A stretch of 64,000 nt of DNA, from NCBI GenBank assembly GCA_965227655.1, contig OZ245765.1, forward strand, positions 2,393,724-2,457,723. Direction: 5' to 3'. The notes below the pieces were generated by a model. That model worked only from the letters and a program-made list of their open reading frames with translations, was not told the DNA's origin and did not search any database. A program made the position numbers and the translations under genes. Positions within the stretch are counted from its first letter, which is position 1. Each line of letters begins with the position of its first letter. Below are positions 1 through 10,300 of the stretch, in pieces. The stretch comes from Rhodoglobus sp. (GTDB taxonomy: Bacteria; Actinomycetota; Actinomycetes; Actinomycetales; Microbacteriaceae).

Positions 1-1673
1 GCGGGGAAGCCGAACACCGACTGGAACAGCAGCCAACTCGCCCCGAGGCTCGCGAAGAAGCTCGCGACCACGGTCAGCAGGAGCAGCACGGGGGCCACGA
101 GCGCGCGCAGCAGCAGCACGAGCACGAGGAACACGAGCCCCAGGATGAGCGGGATCACGAGGTCTTGGTCGGCGGTCTGCGCCGCGTTCACGTCGAGCGT
201 CTGGGCGTCGAGCCCGCCCACGAGCGCCGTAGTGCTGTCGCGCATCTCCTGCACTATCGCGAACGACTCGGGGGTTTCCGCGGCAGCGTCGAGCGTGACG
301 TTCAACTGCGTGATGGTGGCGGATGATTCGCCCGGCGTCACGGAGACGACCCCGTCGATCTTCTCGAGAGCCGCGGTGACCGCGTCGACCTCGTCGTTGT
401 CCGCGATGACGACGGCCGGCGAGCCGCTCCCCGCCGAGAACGCGTCGGCGAGTAGCTCCTGGCCGACGACGGCCTCCGGCACCGACGTGAACTTCTCGCT
501 CTGCGACAACCCGATCCGGATGCCCGGCACCCCGGCGAAGGCGAGGCCGCCCAGCAGCAGCGCCCCCACGAGGGCGACGACCACGGGCCGCTTCGACACG
601 AGGATCCCGAGCCGGTGCCACACGCCGCGCTCGGTCGAGCCCTCGGTGCCGAAGCGCGGCACGTACGGCCAGAACAGTCTGCGCCCGAACAGCACGAGGG
701 CCGCGGGGAGCACGAAGAGGGCGAACAGCATGGCGATGACGATGCCCGTGGCGCACGCGATGCCGAGCGCCCGGTTTCCCTCGAGCTGCGCGAACAGGAG
801 GGTGAGCAGCGAGAGAACCACGGTGCTGCCGCTCGCGATCACCGCGGGTCCGGCGCCGCGCAGGGCGACGGCCATGGCCTCACGGCGGTCTTCGTGGGTG
901 CGCAGCTCGTCGCGGTAGCGGGCGATGAGCAGCAGCGCGTAGTTCGTCCCCGCGCCGAAGACGAGAACGGAGAGGATGCCCGTGACCGAGGCATCGAGCG
1001 TGATTCCCGCGGCCGCAGCCACACGCGTCGCGACGATGCTCGCGAGGCCGTCGGCGAGCCCCACGACGGTGAGCGGAACGAGCCACAGCCACGGGCTGCG
1101 GTAGGTGATAAGGAGGAGCACCGCCACGACGATGACCGTCGTGAGCAGGAGGGTGAAGTCGGCGCCCTTGAAGACGGCGGCGATGTCGACGGCGAAACCC
1201 TCCGGGCCGGTCAAGAGGGCGGTGAGGCCCTCGGGGAGGTCGGCGTTGGCAGTGGAGCGCAGCTCTGCTGCGCGATCGGCTTGGGCCGCGACATCCGTGA
1301 GCTCATCGAGCGGGACCACGACGAGGGCGACAGTCCCGTCGTCCGAGACGGTGGGCGGCGGCACGAACCCGTCGGAGGAGAGGTCGGCGAGCTTCTGGCC
1401 GGATGCCGTCACCGCGGCAACATCGGCGTCCGTGAGCTTGGCGCCGTCGCGGCTGAAGACGAGCAGCGCGCTCGTGCCGTCGGCTCCCGGCAGTGTGTCC
1501 TGCAGGGCCGCGACCTTGGCGGATTCGGCGGATGCGGGAAGGCCCACTCCTGGCGAGCTGTCGCCGTCGGCGCCGGACCCCATCGCGAACACTGCCCCGG
1601 CGGCCAGGGCCGCGCCCACGAGGACGATCCACGAGGTGCGGCGGGAGGTGATGAAGTTCGTCAGTTGGCGCAT
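1..1673 (-). CDS. MMPL (RND superfamily) transporter, 3' end runs off the window
   Basis: Manual translation from ATG at 1673: MRQLTNFITSRRTSWIVL...LTGPEGFAVDIAAVF...LLLITYRSPWLWLVPL...FGAGTNYALLLIARYRDELR, typical MMPL segments; divergent from MarR. Confidence 0.9.
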   Translation of the reverse strand, partial: MRQLTNFITSRRTSWIVLVGAALAAGAVFAMGSGADGDSSPGVGLPASAESAKVAALQDTLPGADGTSALLVFSRDGAKLTDADVAAVTASGQKLADLSSDGFVPPPTVSDDGTVALVVVPLDELTDVAAQADRAAELRSTANADLPEGLTALLTGPEGFAVDIAAVFKGADFTLLLTTVIVVAVLLLITYRSPWLWLVPLTVVGLADGLASIVATRVAAAAGITLDASVTGILSVLVFGAGTNYALLLIARYRDELRTHEDRREAMAVALRGAGPAVIASGSTVVLSLLTLLFAQLEGNRALGIACATGIVIAMLFALFVLPAALVLFGRRLFWPYVPRFGTEGSTERGVWHRLGILVSKRPVVVALVGALLLGGLAFAGVPGIRIGLSQSEKFTSVPEAVVGQELLADAFSAGSGSPAVVIADNDEVDAVTAALEKIDGVVSVTPGESSATITQLNVTLDAAAETPESFAIVQEMRDSTTALVGGLDAQTLDVNAAQTADQDLVIPLILGLVFLVLVLLLRALVAPVLLLLTVVASFFASLGASWLLFQSVFGFP

Positions 1674-1737
1674 TATCCTTTTATTTCACTTGGTTAACTA
1701 TTAATGCTCTGAACAAGTTAGTCGTAAACTGGACTAC

Positions 1738-2175
1738 GTGCAAAGCCCGACCCGACAGCCCACCTACTCCTTGCAGGAGTTCGTGCAGCTCAGCCGCGCC
1801 TTCGAAGCGCACCTCGGGCGCGAGCTCACCGTCAACCCGACAGACCTCGCCGCGATGGAGCACCTCATCACGAGCGGACCGCTCGGCCCGAGCGAGTTGG
1901 CGCGCCGGCTGAACATCACTCCGCCCGCGGTCACTGCCGCCGTGGACCGCCTGGAGGAGCTCGGGCATGCCACCCGCGTCGTCAACCCCGCAGACCGTCG
2001 GGCCGTCGTCGTCACGCCGGCTCCCGCATCCGTGCAGAAGGCCATGTCGTACCTGCTGCCCATGATCAGTGACGTGGATGAGGCGCTCGACGGATTCGAC
2101 GCCGAGCAGCAGGCCGTCATCGCCGAGTACCTCGACCGCGTCGTCGCCGCGCTGCGCACGCACGTGCCCTCGTGA
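1738..2175 (+). CDS. MarR family transcriptional regulator
   Basis: TDLAAMEHL...GPSELARRLNITPPAVTAAVDRLEELGHATRVVNPADRRAVVV winged HTH with DRR; TAAACT 7 nt before GTG suggests leaderless. Confidence 0.92.
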   Translation: MQSPTRQPTYSLQEFVQLSRAFEAHLGRELTVNPTDLAAMEHLITSGPLGPSELARRLNITPPAVTAAVDRLEELGHATRVVNPADRRAVVVTPAPASVQKAMSYLLPMISDVDEALDGFDAEQQAVIAEYLDRVVAALRTHVPS

Positions 2176-2537
2176 TCTCGCGCAGGGAGGCGGCGCTGCG
2201 CCTCGACATCCCGCTCGAGATGGCCAACCGCCACGGGCTGCCGCGGAGCATGAGCGAGACCGAGCTCGAGGCCATGCGCGCAGACCCGCCGCCGTGGCTC
2301 GCGCAGTCCTGGGCCAACCGCACGGGCAAGAAGCCCGTCTGGGTGCAGCTCACGTGCGACATCTGCGGGTTCACCGAGGCCGCGCGCCCGAAGAAGTGGT
2401 GGCCCGCCTTCACGTGGTTGTCGTGCGAGGAGCACGCGGCAGCCGAACTTCCGCCGCTCGCCGAAGGCTACGTGCGTGGCGAGATCGACGGCATCGGCAG
2501 CAGGTTCATCGGCATCGTGGACGAGCCGCGCGCCTAG
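2172..2537 (+). CDS. Hypothetical protein with HTH-like N-terminus and CxxC...CxxH putative Zn site
   Basis: GTGA overlap with MarR stop; TCDICG and SCEEH motifs. Confidence 0.75.
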   Translation: MISRREAALRLDIPLEMANRHGLPRSMSETELEAMRADPPPWLAQSWANRTGKKPVWVQLTCDICGFTEAARPKKWWPAFTWLSCEEHAAAELPPLAEGYVRGEIDGIGSRFIGIVDEPRA

Positions 2538-2558
2538 TCCGTCCTGCGCGGCCCGGCG

Positions 2559-3656
2559 CTACGGCGCGATCGACAGGAACAGGAACGCGCCGAACAGCAC
2601 GAGGTGCACGCCGCCCTGCAGTCGCGTGGCGCGGCCCGGTGCGAGCGTCAGGATGCTCACCACAACGGTCAGCAGCAAGAGCACGATCTGCGTCGACTCG
2701 AGGCCGAGTACCAGTGGGCCCGTGATGAAGATCGACGCGAGCGCGATGGCCGGGATGGTGAGGCCGATGCTCGCCATGGCGGAGCCGAGCGCGAGGTTGA
2801 GGCTCGTCTGGAACCGGTCGCGGCGCGCGGCGCGGATGGCGGCGATGCTCTCCGGCAGCAGCACGAGCAGCGCGATGATCACACCGACGAACGAGGGCGG
2901 GAAGCCGATCGCGAGCACCCCGGCCTCGATCGAGGGCGACTCGATCTTGGCGAGCCCGACCACGGAGACGAGGGCGATGACGAGCAGCCCGAGGCTCATG
3001 AGCGCCGCACGCTTCGTGGGGGCTTCGGCGTGGTCGTCAGCCTCGACGGGCTTGCCCGCCTTGGTGACGGGCAGGAAGAAGTCACGGTGCACGCCGGTCT
3101 GGGTGAAGACGAACATGCCGTAGAGCGCGAGCGACGCGACGGCGACGAAGGCGAGCTGGCTGGGAGAGAACTGCTGCTCCGAGCCCGAGGTGAAGGTGGG
3201 GAGCACGAGGGTGAGCACCGCGAGGGCGGTGACGGTCGCAAGCAGAGCGCCCGCCCCCTCGGCATTGAAGTTGACGAGCCGGTGCCGCAGTGCGCCCACG
3301 AGGAGGGAGACGCCCACGATGCCGTTGGTCGTGATCATGACGGCGGCGAATACGGTGTCGCGCGCGAGGGTGGCGGCCTCTGCGCCGCCCGAGATCACGA
3401 GCGTGATGATGAGGGCCACCTCGATGACCGTGACCGCGACGGCGAGGATGAGCGACCCGAACGGTTCACCCACCTTGTGGGCGATGACCTCGGCGTGGTG
3501 AACAGCGGAGAGCACAGTGCCGCCCAGCACGAGCGCGATGAGGATGACGGCGACGAGCGGGAGGTCTTTGACGTTCCACGCGAGGGCGAGAACCACGATC
3601 GCGACTACGGGCACGATGGCGGACGAGTTCTTGATCAGGAATCTCACAGCGCGCAT
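2559..3656 (-). CDS. Ca2+/H+ antiporter (CaCA/ChaA, y4hA-like)
   Basis: Multi-TM; GEPFGSLILAVAVTVIEVALI and LLPESIAAIRAARRDRFQTSLNLALGSAMASIGLTIP alpha repeats; start trimmed to MRAVRF. Confidence 0.9.
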   Translation of the reverse strand: MRAVRFLIKNSSAIVPVVAIVVLALAWNVKDLPLVAVILIALVLGGTVLSAVHHAEVIAHKVGEPFGSLILAVAVTVIEVALIITLVISGGAEAATLARDTVFAAVMITTNGIVGVSLLVGALRHRLVNFNAEGAGALLATVTALAVLTLVLPTFTSGSEQQFSPSQLAFVAVASLALYGMFVFTQTGVHRDFFLPVTKAGKPVEADDHAEAPTKRAALMSLGLLVIALVSVVGLAKIESPSIEAGVLAIGFPPSFVGVIIALLVLLPESIAAIRAARRDRFQTSLNLALGSAMASIGLTIPAIALASIFITGPLVLGLESTQIVLLLLTVVVSILTLAPGRATRLQGGVHLVLFGAFLFLSIAP

Positions 3657-3707
3657 CCTGACCATTATCTCAGACCTTGCTGGGAAACGCTCGGATAGCA
3701 TTCCCCC

Positions 3708-4067
3708 ATGACCGCCACCATCACCGCAGTGGGCCGCAAGCCCGGACGAGTGTGGGGCGTACTGTCGCTCATCGCCGTCGCCATTCCCCTCCCGTTCCTG
3801 TTCGTCCTGAACATCCTGTCGCTCGTGGTGCGCAACCAGGTGACGCTGCCGGGGCATCCGACCATCGAGTCGACCGTCTACGGGCTCATCGCGTTCGCGG
3901 GCCTGTTCTTCTTCCCCGTGCTGTTCGTGCTGGCCACCGTGCTCGCCGTCAACGCCGTGCGCAGGCCGAGGTTCGCCGGCAAGGTCATGGGCTGGATCAC
4001 CATCGCCGTCGTGATCATCGCGATCCCGCTCAGCTGGTTCGGGTACGCGGTGTGGATCGTCAGGTAG
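3708..4067 (+). CDS. Hypothetical membrane protein (about 3 TM)
   Basis: Hydrophobic helices; TAGCAT 6 nt before ATG. Confidence 0.75.
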   Translation: MTATITAVGRKPGRVWGVLSLIAVAIPLPFLFVLNILSLVVRNQVTLPGHPTIESTVYGLIAFAGLFFFPVLFVLATVLAVNAVRRPRFAGKVMGWITIAVVIIAIPLSWFGYAVWIVR

Positions 4068-4076
4068 CGTGAGGTC

Positions 4077-4505
4077 ATGAGCGACGACGCCCGATTCGAT
4101 CCGAGGTTCGACCCCGCTTTCCAGCCCGGCTACACGGGCCCGATCTCCACGGCCAAGCCCGCGCAGAAGACGCTCGTGGGTGACCCGCCGCAGCCCCTGC
4201 CCGCGCAGCCCGTGGCTGTTGTCGCTCAGCAGCCCGCCATCGACGACGAGTTCGACGAGCCAGCGCCGCGCCGCGCCAACCCCTTCCTCATCGTGCTTGC
4301 CGCCGTCGCCGTCGTGCTCGTGGGGGGCGGCCTCTACCTCGTGTCGCGCCTGCGCGACCTGTTCGCCGACACGCAGTCGGGCTCCGACTTCGACTACGTG
4401 ACGCTGCAGGTGCTCATGTTCGCGTCGCCCATGATCATCGTGTTGGGCCTCGCCACGGGTATCGGCGTTCTGTTCCTGTTCGCCACGCGCTGGGGGCGCC
4501 GCTAG
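4077..4505 (+). CDS. Hypothetical membrane protein (Pro-rich N-terminus, 2 TM)
   Basis: RFDPRFDPAFQPG N-terminus; RBS-like GAGG; two TM helices. Confidence 0.75.
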   Translation: MSDDARFDPRFDPAFQPGYTGPISTAKPAQKTLVGDPPQPLPAQPVAVVAQQPAIDDEFDEPAPRRANPFLIVLAAVAVVLVGGGLYLVSRLRDLFADTQSGSDFDYVTLQVLMFASPMIIVLGLATGIGVLFLFATRWGRR

Positions 4506-4894
4506 CGGTTCTCGAGCCGCCAGACCACCTTCAGGCCCGACCAGTCGGTGTCGATGGCGGCGATCTTCACGTCGACGAGCCCGAGCGGCAGCACGATCTC
4601 GCGCACGCGGTTATCGGTCACATCGCTCACGTGGCCCGCGGCCCTGCGCGGCCAGGCTATCCAGAGCGCACCCGCCGGCCGGATGCGGCTGCCGAGCGCC
4701 AGCACGGTGCGCTCCACACCCGCGGCGGAGGTGCAGAACGCCAGTATGACGTCGGCGGGGGCATCCGGCCGCACCATCTCGACCCCCACCGGATCGGTCT
4801 CGAAGCCCCACCCCGCAGGCCGGTCGACCACATCGAGGCGCACTCCCGGCACGATGCCGAGCTTCGTGAGCTGGGGTGTGCCGGTGGTCGCCAC
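4502..4894 (-). CDS. DUF3052-like protein
   Basis: KLGI...ALWIAWPRRAAGHVSDVTDNRVREIVLPLGLVDVKIAAIDTDWSGLKVV. Confidence 0.8.
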   Translation of the reverse strand: MATTGTPQLTKLGIVPGVRLDVVDRPAGWGFETDPVGVEMVRPDAPADVILAFCTSAAGVERTVLALGSRIRPAGALWIAWPRRAAGHVSDVTDNRVREIVLPLGLVDVKIAAIDTDWSGLKVVWRLENR

Positions 4895-4895
4895 G

Positions 4896-5501
4896 CTACT
4901 TCTTGTCGGGGTCGAGCGGCTTGCCGTTGAGCAGGATGCCCGGCGACGGCTGGTTCGGCGCGAGGGGCGGAGCGGGCGGCGCAGGGGGAGTGACGGGCGG
5001 CGTGGCGGCCGTGGGAGTGGCGGGCACCGGGGTGGCAGGCGGCGCGCCCACGCGGGTGCGCGGTGCGCGGAGCACGCTCACGATCGCGACGGCGCCGAGG
5101 GCCAGGCCGAAGAGGATAGGAATGATCGCGTCGCCGATGCCGCTCGTGAACTGGTTGCTGAGCGTGTGGAGGAACGGTGCGCCGAACAGGCCGCCGTTGC
5201 CGCCGACCTTGGTGAAGCCGGCGTAGGTGCCCGCGACGATCCCGGAGAAGATGCCGATCAGCACCGCCGCGACGCTCACAGCGACGAACGGCCCCCAGCC
5301 CGCGCGGGTGAGTTGTGCCCCCGCGCCCTTCGCGTAGAGCCACGCGGCCATGGGAGGTATGACGATGGCGGCGAACCCCGAGATCGTGTTGAAGAACATG
5401 GCGACGGCCACGAACACGATGATGGCGGCGGGGATCACGAGCAGTGCTGCGGCTGCGCCCCGGCCGACGTTCTCGAAGGGGGCGGTGTTCTGTTCGGTCA
5501 T
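4896..5501 (-). CDS. Hypothetical membrane protein, Pro-rich tail (paralog of 6076..6573)
   Basis: ENVGRGAAAALLVIPAA start, 4 TM. Confidence 0.75.
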   Translation of the reverse strand: MTEQNTAPFENVGRGAAAALLVIPAAIIVFVAVAMFFNTISGFAAIVIPPMAAWLYAKGAGAQLTRAGWGPFVAVSVAAVLIGIFSGIVAGTYAGFTKVGGNGGLFGAPFLHTLSNQFTSGIGDAIIPILFGLALGAVAIVSVLRAPRTRVGAPPATPVPATPTAATPPVTPPAPPAPPLAPNQPSPGILLNGKPLDPDKK

Positions 5502-5528
5502 CCCTCCACCATATCTACCGCAAGGATC

Positions 5529-6071
5529 TCAGCGGCACTCTCCCCACAGGCCGCCGAAACGTGCGGCAGCGCTCGATTCTGCCCGCACTACCGGTAGCCA
5601 GAGTGCGTCGTTGGGCGGCATCTCCTCGGCCCGCACGAAGCCGTCGACGGCGAGCAGGTAGTTTACGTAGCGACCGTCGGCGGCCCACACGTTCATGAGC
5701 CAGCGCCCGCCCTCGTCCTGTGCGACGGTGTCGGTGGCCACCCAGGCCACCGAGCCCTTCGGCAGCAGCTCCTCGAGCCGCCCCTGGGCCTCGATAGCGA
5801 AGCACTCCGGCACGATTCCGTTGTTGGGCGAATCGACGCTGAGCAGGCGCGCGGTGATGGTGCCGTGATCCCGCACCTGCGAGCCGGGCAGGTCGGCCGA
5901 CAGCATGACGGTGTCACCGCTGAGCACCTGCAGCACAACCATGGGTTGGGCATCCAGCGGCCGGGACATCACGGATGCTGCGGCCTCCTGCTGCGGCACG
6001 AGCGACACGATCCCGGCCGCGAGCAGGCCCGCCACCACCACGGCGATGAGGAGGGCGCGCAGAGTACGCAT
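5529..6071 (-). CDS. Thermonuclease (SNase-like) family protein with N-terminal signal/TM
   Basis: VLSGDTV, RLLSVDSP, CFAIEA, DEGGRWLMNVW, VNYLLAVDGF, AAARFGGLWGEC; start trimmed to MRTLRALL. Confidence 0.8.
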   Translation of the reverse strand: MRTLRALLIAVVVAGLLAAGIVSLVPQQEAAASVMSRPLDAQPMVVLQVLSGDTVMLSADLPGSQVRDHGTITARLLSVDSPNNGIVPECFAIEAQGRLEELLPKGSVAWVATDTVAQDEGGRWLMNVWAADGRYVNYLLAVDGFVRAEEMPPNDALWLPVVRAESSAAARFGGLWGECR

Positions 6072-6075
6072 GGGA

Positions 6076-6573
6076 CTAGTTCGGTGCGACCCGCACGAGC
6101 GGTGGGCGCGGGGCGGTAACCACCGCGACCGCGAGGCTCGCACCGCCGACGGTCGTCGCGACGACAGCGCCGAAGATCAGATCTTCGACAGTTCCGTATC
6201 CGAAGTACATGTTCGTGGTGAAGGACAGACCGAGTACTTCCAAGAAGCCCGGATCGAGCGGACCTCCCGCTCCACCAACCTGCCGGTACACCTGGTAGGC
6301 GACGGTCAGGACCGAGCCGATGAGGGAGACGGCGAGTGCGACAACTGTCACAACGACGAGCTGCCGCCGTCCCATCGCAAGGAAACCGCCAGACCCACGG
6401 AGGTAAAGCAGGCGTGTCAGCCACGGCAGCGCCACGACGACCACCACCCAGTAGATGCCTTGCCACTCCAGAGGAACGGGGGCAAGGCCCAGGGTCAGCG
6501 CTGCCGGAATCGCTAGGGCTGCGAGGGCAGCTCCGCGACCGACGTTCTCGGGTCGTACGTCGCTCATACGCAC
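6076..6573 (-). CDS. Hypothetical membrane protein (paralog of 4896..5501)
   Basis: ENVGRGAALAALAIPAA start, 4 TM. Confidence 0.7.
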   Translation of the reverse strand: MRMSDVRPENVGRGAALAALAIPAALTLGLAPVPLEWQGIYWVVVVVALPWLTRLLYLRGSGGFLAMGRRQLVVVTVVALAVSLIGSVLTVAYQVYRQVGGAGGPLDPGFLEVLGLSFTTNMYFGYGTVEDLIFGAVVATTVGGASLAVAVVTAPRPPLVRVAPN

Positions 6574-6576
6574 ACT

Positions 6577-7353
6577 CTAGGTCTGGCAGCGAGGGCACCA
6601 GTAGGTGTTGCGTAACTGGAGCGCGGTGTCGCCCAGCTCGCCGCGCTCCACGCGGGTGCCGCAGCGCAGGCACGCGCGGCCGTCCCGTCCGTAGACCCAC
6701 GACGTGTCGCCCCGCAGGTTGCCCGTGGTGGTGCGGGTCGACCGGTCTTTGTTCGCCTCGATGAGCTTCTTCGCGAGCGCGACCATGCGCTCGAGGTCAT
6801 CCACCTCGCCGACCGGACGCGTCGGAAGCACGCCGCGGAGGAAGCACAGTTCCGCGCGGTAGACGTTGCCGAGGCCGGCGAGGTTGCGCTGGTCGAGCAG
6901 AGCGAGGCCGATCTCGCGCTCGGGGTCGCTGCGGAGGTTCGCCACGGCGTCGGCCGAGTTCCAGTCGGGGCCGAGCAGGTCGGGGCCGAGGTATCCGACT
7001 ACCGTGTCTTCGTCGGCGGTGCGGACGACCTCGAAGAGCCCGAGTTCGAACCCCACGGCCGTCACGCTCTCGGTGGAGAGGATGGCGCGGGCCTTGAACT
7101 CCGGACGCCGCCATCGCTCGCCCGGCCGGTACACATGCCACACGCCCTCCATCTTGAGATGGCTGTGCAGCGTATATTCCCCCACGCGCATGAGCAGGTG
7201 CTTGCCGCGGCTGACCGTCTGGTGCACGGTCTCGCCCGCGAGGTCGACGGTCGCGAACGCGGGAACCCGGATGTCGCTGCGCGTGAGCACGCTCCCGTCG
7301 AGTGCGCCGCCGAGCAGCTTCGCCGCGCGGTAGACCGTGTCACCCTCAGGCAC
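6577..7353 (-). CDS. nei: Fpg/Nei family DNA glycosylase (endonuclease VIII-like)
   Basis: N-terminal (V/M)PEGDTV, SHLKMEG, LLDQRNLAGLGNVY H2TH, C-terminal Zn finger CLRC...CPRCQ; overlaps lhr. Confidence 0.93.
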   Translation of the reverse strand: MPEGDTVYRAAKLLGGALDGSVLTRSDIRVPAFATVDLAGETVHQTVSRGKHLLMRVGEYTLHSHLKMEGVWHVYRPGERWRRPEFKARAILSTESVTAVGFELGLFEVVRTADEDTVVGYLGPDLLGPDWNSADAVANLRSDPEREIGLALLDQRNLAGLGNVYRAELCFLRGVLPTRPVGEVDDLERMVALAKKLIEANKDRSTRTTTGNLRGDTSWVYGRDGRACLRCGTRVERGELGDTALQLRNTYWCPRCQT

Positions 7354-10300
7354 GGAGCCGCAGCCCCTGGGGCGTGGGTGCGAAGCCCGCCTCGGCGAGC
7401 AGGAGCCCGAGGGGCGAGCCGATCGAGAACTCGCCGTCCACGCGCTCGACGCGCAACTTTCCGAGGCGCGAGCGCACGGTGGCCGCGAGGGAGGCCGCCG
7501 CCGCGCGCAGCACCTGCTCCTCCGACGTGAAGGTGAGCAACGTCTTACCGCCGCGCTCGACGTAGAGCACGAGCATCCCGTCGACGAGGACGACGAGTGC
7601 GCCAGCCTTGCGGCCGGGGCGATGGCCGCGCTTGCCGGTGTCGGTCGATGCCGTGGCCTCGATCTCGGGCGTCGCGGGCCACGCGAGGGCAGCGCCGAAC
7701 GGGTTCGCCGGATCGGTGGCCGCGAGGGTGAGGGCCTCCAGCGCGGGTGCGGCCTCGGCATCCCGTGCGTAGCTGCGCAGCCGATCGACAGTCGCGCTCG
7801 TCGCGAACTGCGCGGCGCCGAGGCCCTCGACGAAGTACCCGCGACGCGCCCGGCCGATCTCCTCGAAACCGCTCAGCACCTTGTACGCGAGTGCGAAGCC
7901 GCCCCGGATGCCCTCGCTCACGACAGCGCCGCGAGTCACCACTCCGTGCCGCTCGAGCAGCGACTCAGCCATCGCCTTCGCCCGCACGGTCGTGTCGCCC
8001 TCGGCGAGCGGCAGCAGTGACCACCGCCCGCCACCCGTCGGAGGACCGGACTGGGCGACCCGCAGCGAACTCGACCGCCCGCGGTACGAGCGCGTGCGCG
8101 GTGTCGCCGCGGGCCCGCCGAGGTAGGAGCGCAGCGGCGAGAGGGTGTCGTTCGTGATGAGCCCGGCCCACACCAGCTCCCACAGGGCGGCGTTGAGGGC
8201 CTTGTCGTCGGTGCTGCCGATGGCCTGACCGAGCTGGCGGAAGAAGTAGGCGCCGCCCCCGGCCATGGCCTCGAGGATGCTCCGCTGCAGTTCCGTGGTC
8301 TCGTCGCCACTCGGCTCGGGCAGGGTGAGACGTGCGGTGTCGGCGAGGTGGAAGCTGACCCATCCGTCGCTGCCCGGCAGCACCCCGTTGCCCGACCAGA
8401 TGACCTCACCCGTGGTCGTGAGCTCGTCGAGCCAAGCGGGGGAGTAATTCGTGAGGCGCGCGGGGAAGACGAGGCTCTCCCACGCGCTCGCGGGCAGCGA
8501 GACCCCGGCGAGCTGGTCGATGACCTGCGCGAGGCCGTCGACGCCGCGCAGGGTGCCGCCCACCGACTGCCACGCGGGAAGGAAACGGCCGAGCGTTGCG
8601 ACGTCGACCGGCTCTACCTCCTGCCGGAGGGCCGCGAGCGATCGGCTTCGCAGGCGGCGCAGCACTTCGACCGAACACCACTCCGTGCCGCTCGACCCCG
8701 GCCGGAACTCGCCGTCGACGACGCGGCGGTCGGCGGCGAGACGCCGCAGGGTGTCGGTGACCACGGCGGTTCCGAGGCCGAAGCGAGTTGCCGCATCCTG
8801 CACGGTGAAGGGGCCGTGCGTGCGGGCGTAGCGGCTCACGAGGTCGCCCACGGGGTCGTCGACCGGCTCGATGAACGCGGCGGGAACCCCGATCGGCAGC
8901 GGTACTCCGAGTGCGTCGCGCAGGCGGGCCGCGTCCTCGACGGCGGCCCAGTGCAGCGTGCCGGCGATCGTGACGCGCAGGGCGCGATTGGCGCGCTGCA
9001 GGTGATCGAGCCACTCGGTGATCGAGCCCTGACCGCGGGCGTCATCCTCAACGTCGGCGGGGGCGACCGCGGTGCGCGCCACGAGCTCGTCGAGGGTCAG
9101 CGGCCCGAGCATCCTGAGCAGGTCGATCACACCCTCCGCATCGCGGGCTTTGCGCTCGGGCGTGAGGCGCTGCAGTTCGAGCTCGGTCTGCTCGAGCACG
9201 GCCGGATCGAGCAGCTCGCGCAGCTCGGCCCGGCCCAGCAGCTCGGCGAGGAGGGTGGGGTCGAGTGACAGTGCCGCAGCGCGGCGCTCCGCGAGCGGGG
9301 AGTCGCCCTCGTACATGAACGCAGCGACATATCCGAAGAGCAGAGAACGCGCGAACGGCGACGGCACCTCCGTCTCGGTCTCGACCATGCGCACCTTGCG
9401 CGTCTCCAGCTGGGTGGTGAGGGCGCTGAGGGCCGGCAGGTCATAGACATCCTGCAGAACCTCGCGCACGGTCTCCAGCACGATCGGAAATGTGGGGTAG
9501 CGGCGGGCAACATCCAGCAGCTGGGATGCCCGCTGCCGCTGCTGCCACAGCGGCGAGCGTCGTCCGGGGTCGCGGCGGGGCAGCAGCAGCGCCCTCGCTG
9601 CACACTCGCGGAATCGCGCGGCGAACAGGGCGGACCCTCCCACCTCCTCGGTGACTATCGCCTCGAGCTCTTCGCGCTCGAACGCGAATAGCTCGGCACC
9701 GGGTGGCTCCGCATCCGTGTCGGGGATGCGGACGACTATGCCGTCGTCGCCCGCCATGGCCGCGCCGTCGACACCGAGCCGATCGCGCACACGCGCCGTG
9801 ACGGCGAGGGCCCACGGCGCGTGCACGGGCATGCCGTACGGGGAATGTAAGACGACGCGCCAGTCGCCGAGCTCGTCGCGGAAGCGCTCGACCACGAGCG
9901 TCGTGTCGGTGGGAACTTGCCCGGTTGACGCCTTCTGCTCGGCAACGAGCGCGATGAGGTTGTTGGCAGCACGCTCGTCGAGGCCGATGTCGGCGAGCCG
10001 CCCGCGTACGTCGCCGCCGGAAGCGATCTCCCTGACGAACGACCCGATCGCCGCCCCGAGCTCGGCAGGTCTGCCCAGCCCGTCGCCTTTCCAGAACGGC
10101 ACCTTCCCCGGCTGCCCGAACGCCGGCGAGACGAGCACCTGGTCGTGCGTGATCTCCTCGATGCGCCAGCTCGTCGTGCCGAGCGCGAAGACGTCACCCA
10201 CGCGCGACTCGTAGACCATCTCCTCATCGAGCTCCCCGACGCGACGGCCGGGTGCGCCGGGAGTTGCCGCGGAGCCGACCATGAACACCCCGAACAGGCC

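Noticed and set aside
1-1673. MMPL transporter as exporter of the lanthipeptide
   Set aside because: It lies 20 kb away, has its own divergent MarR, and shows host-like composition.
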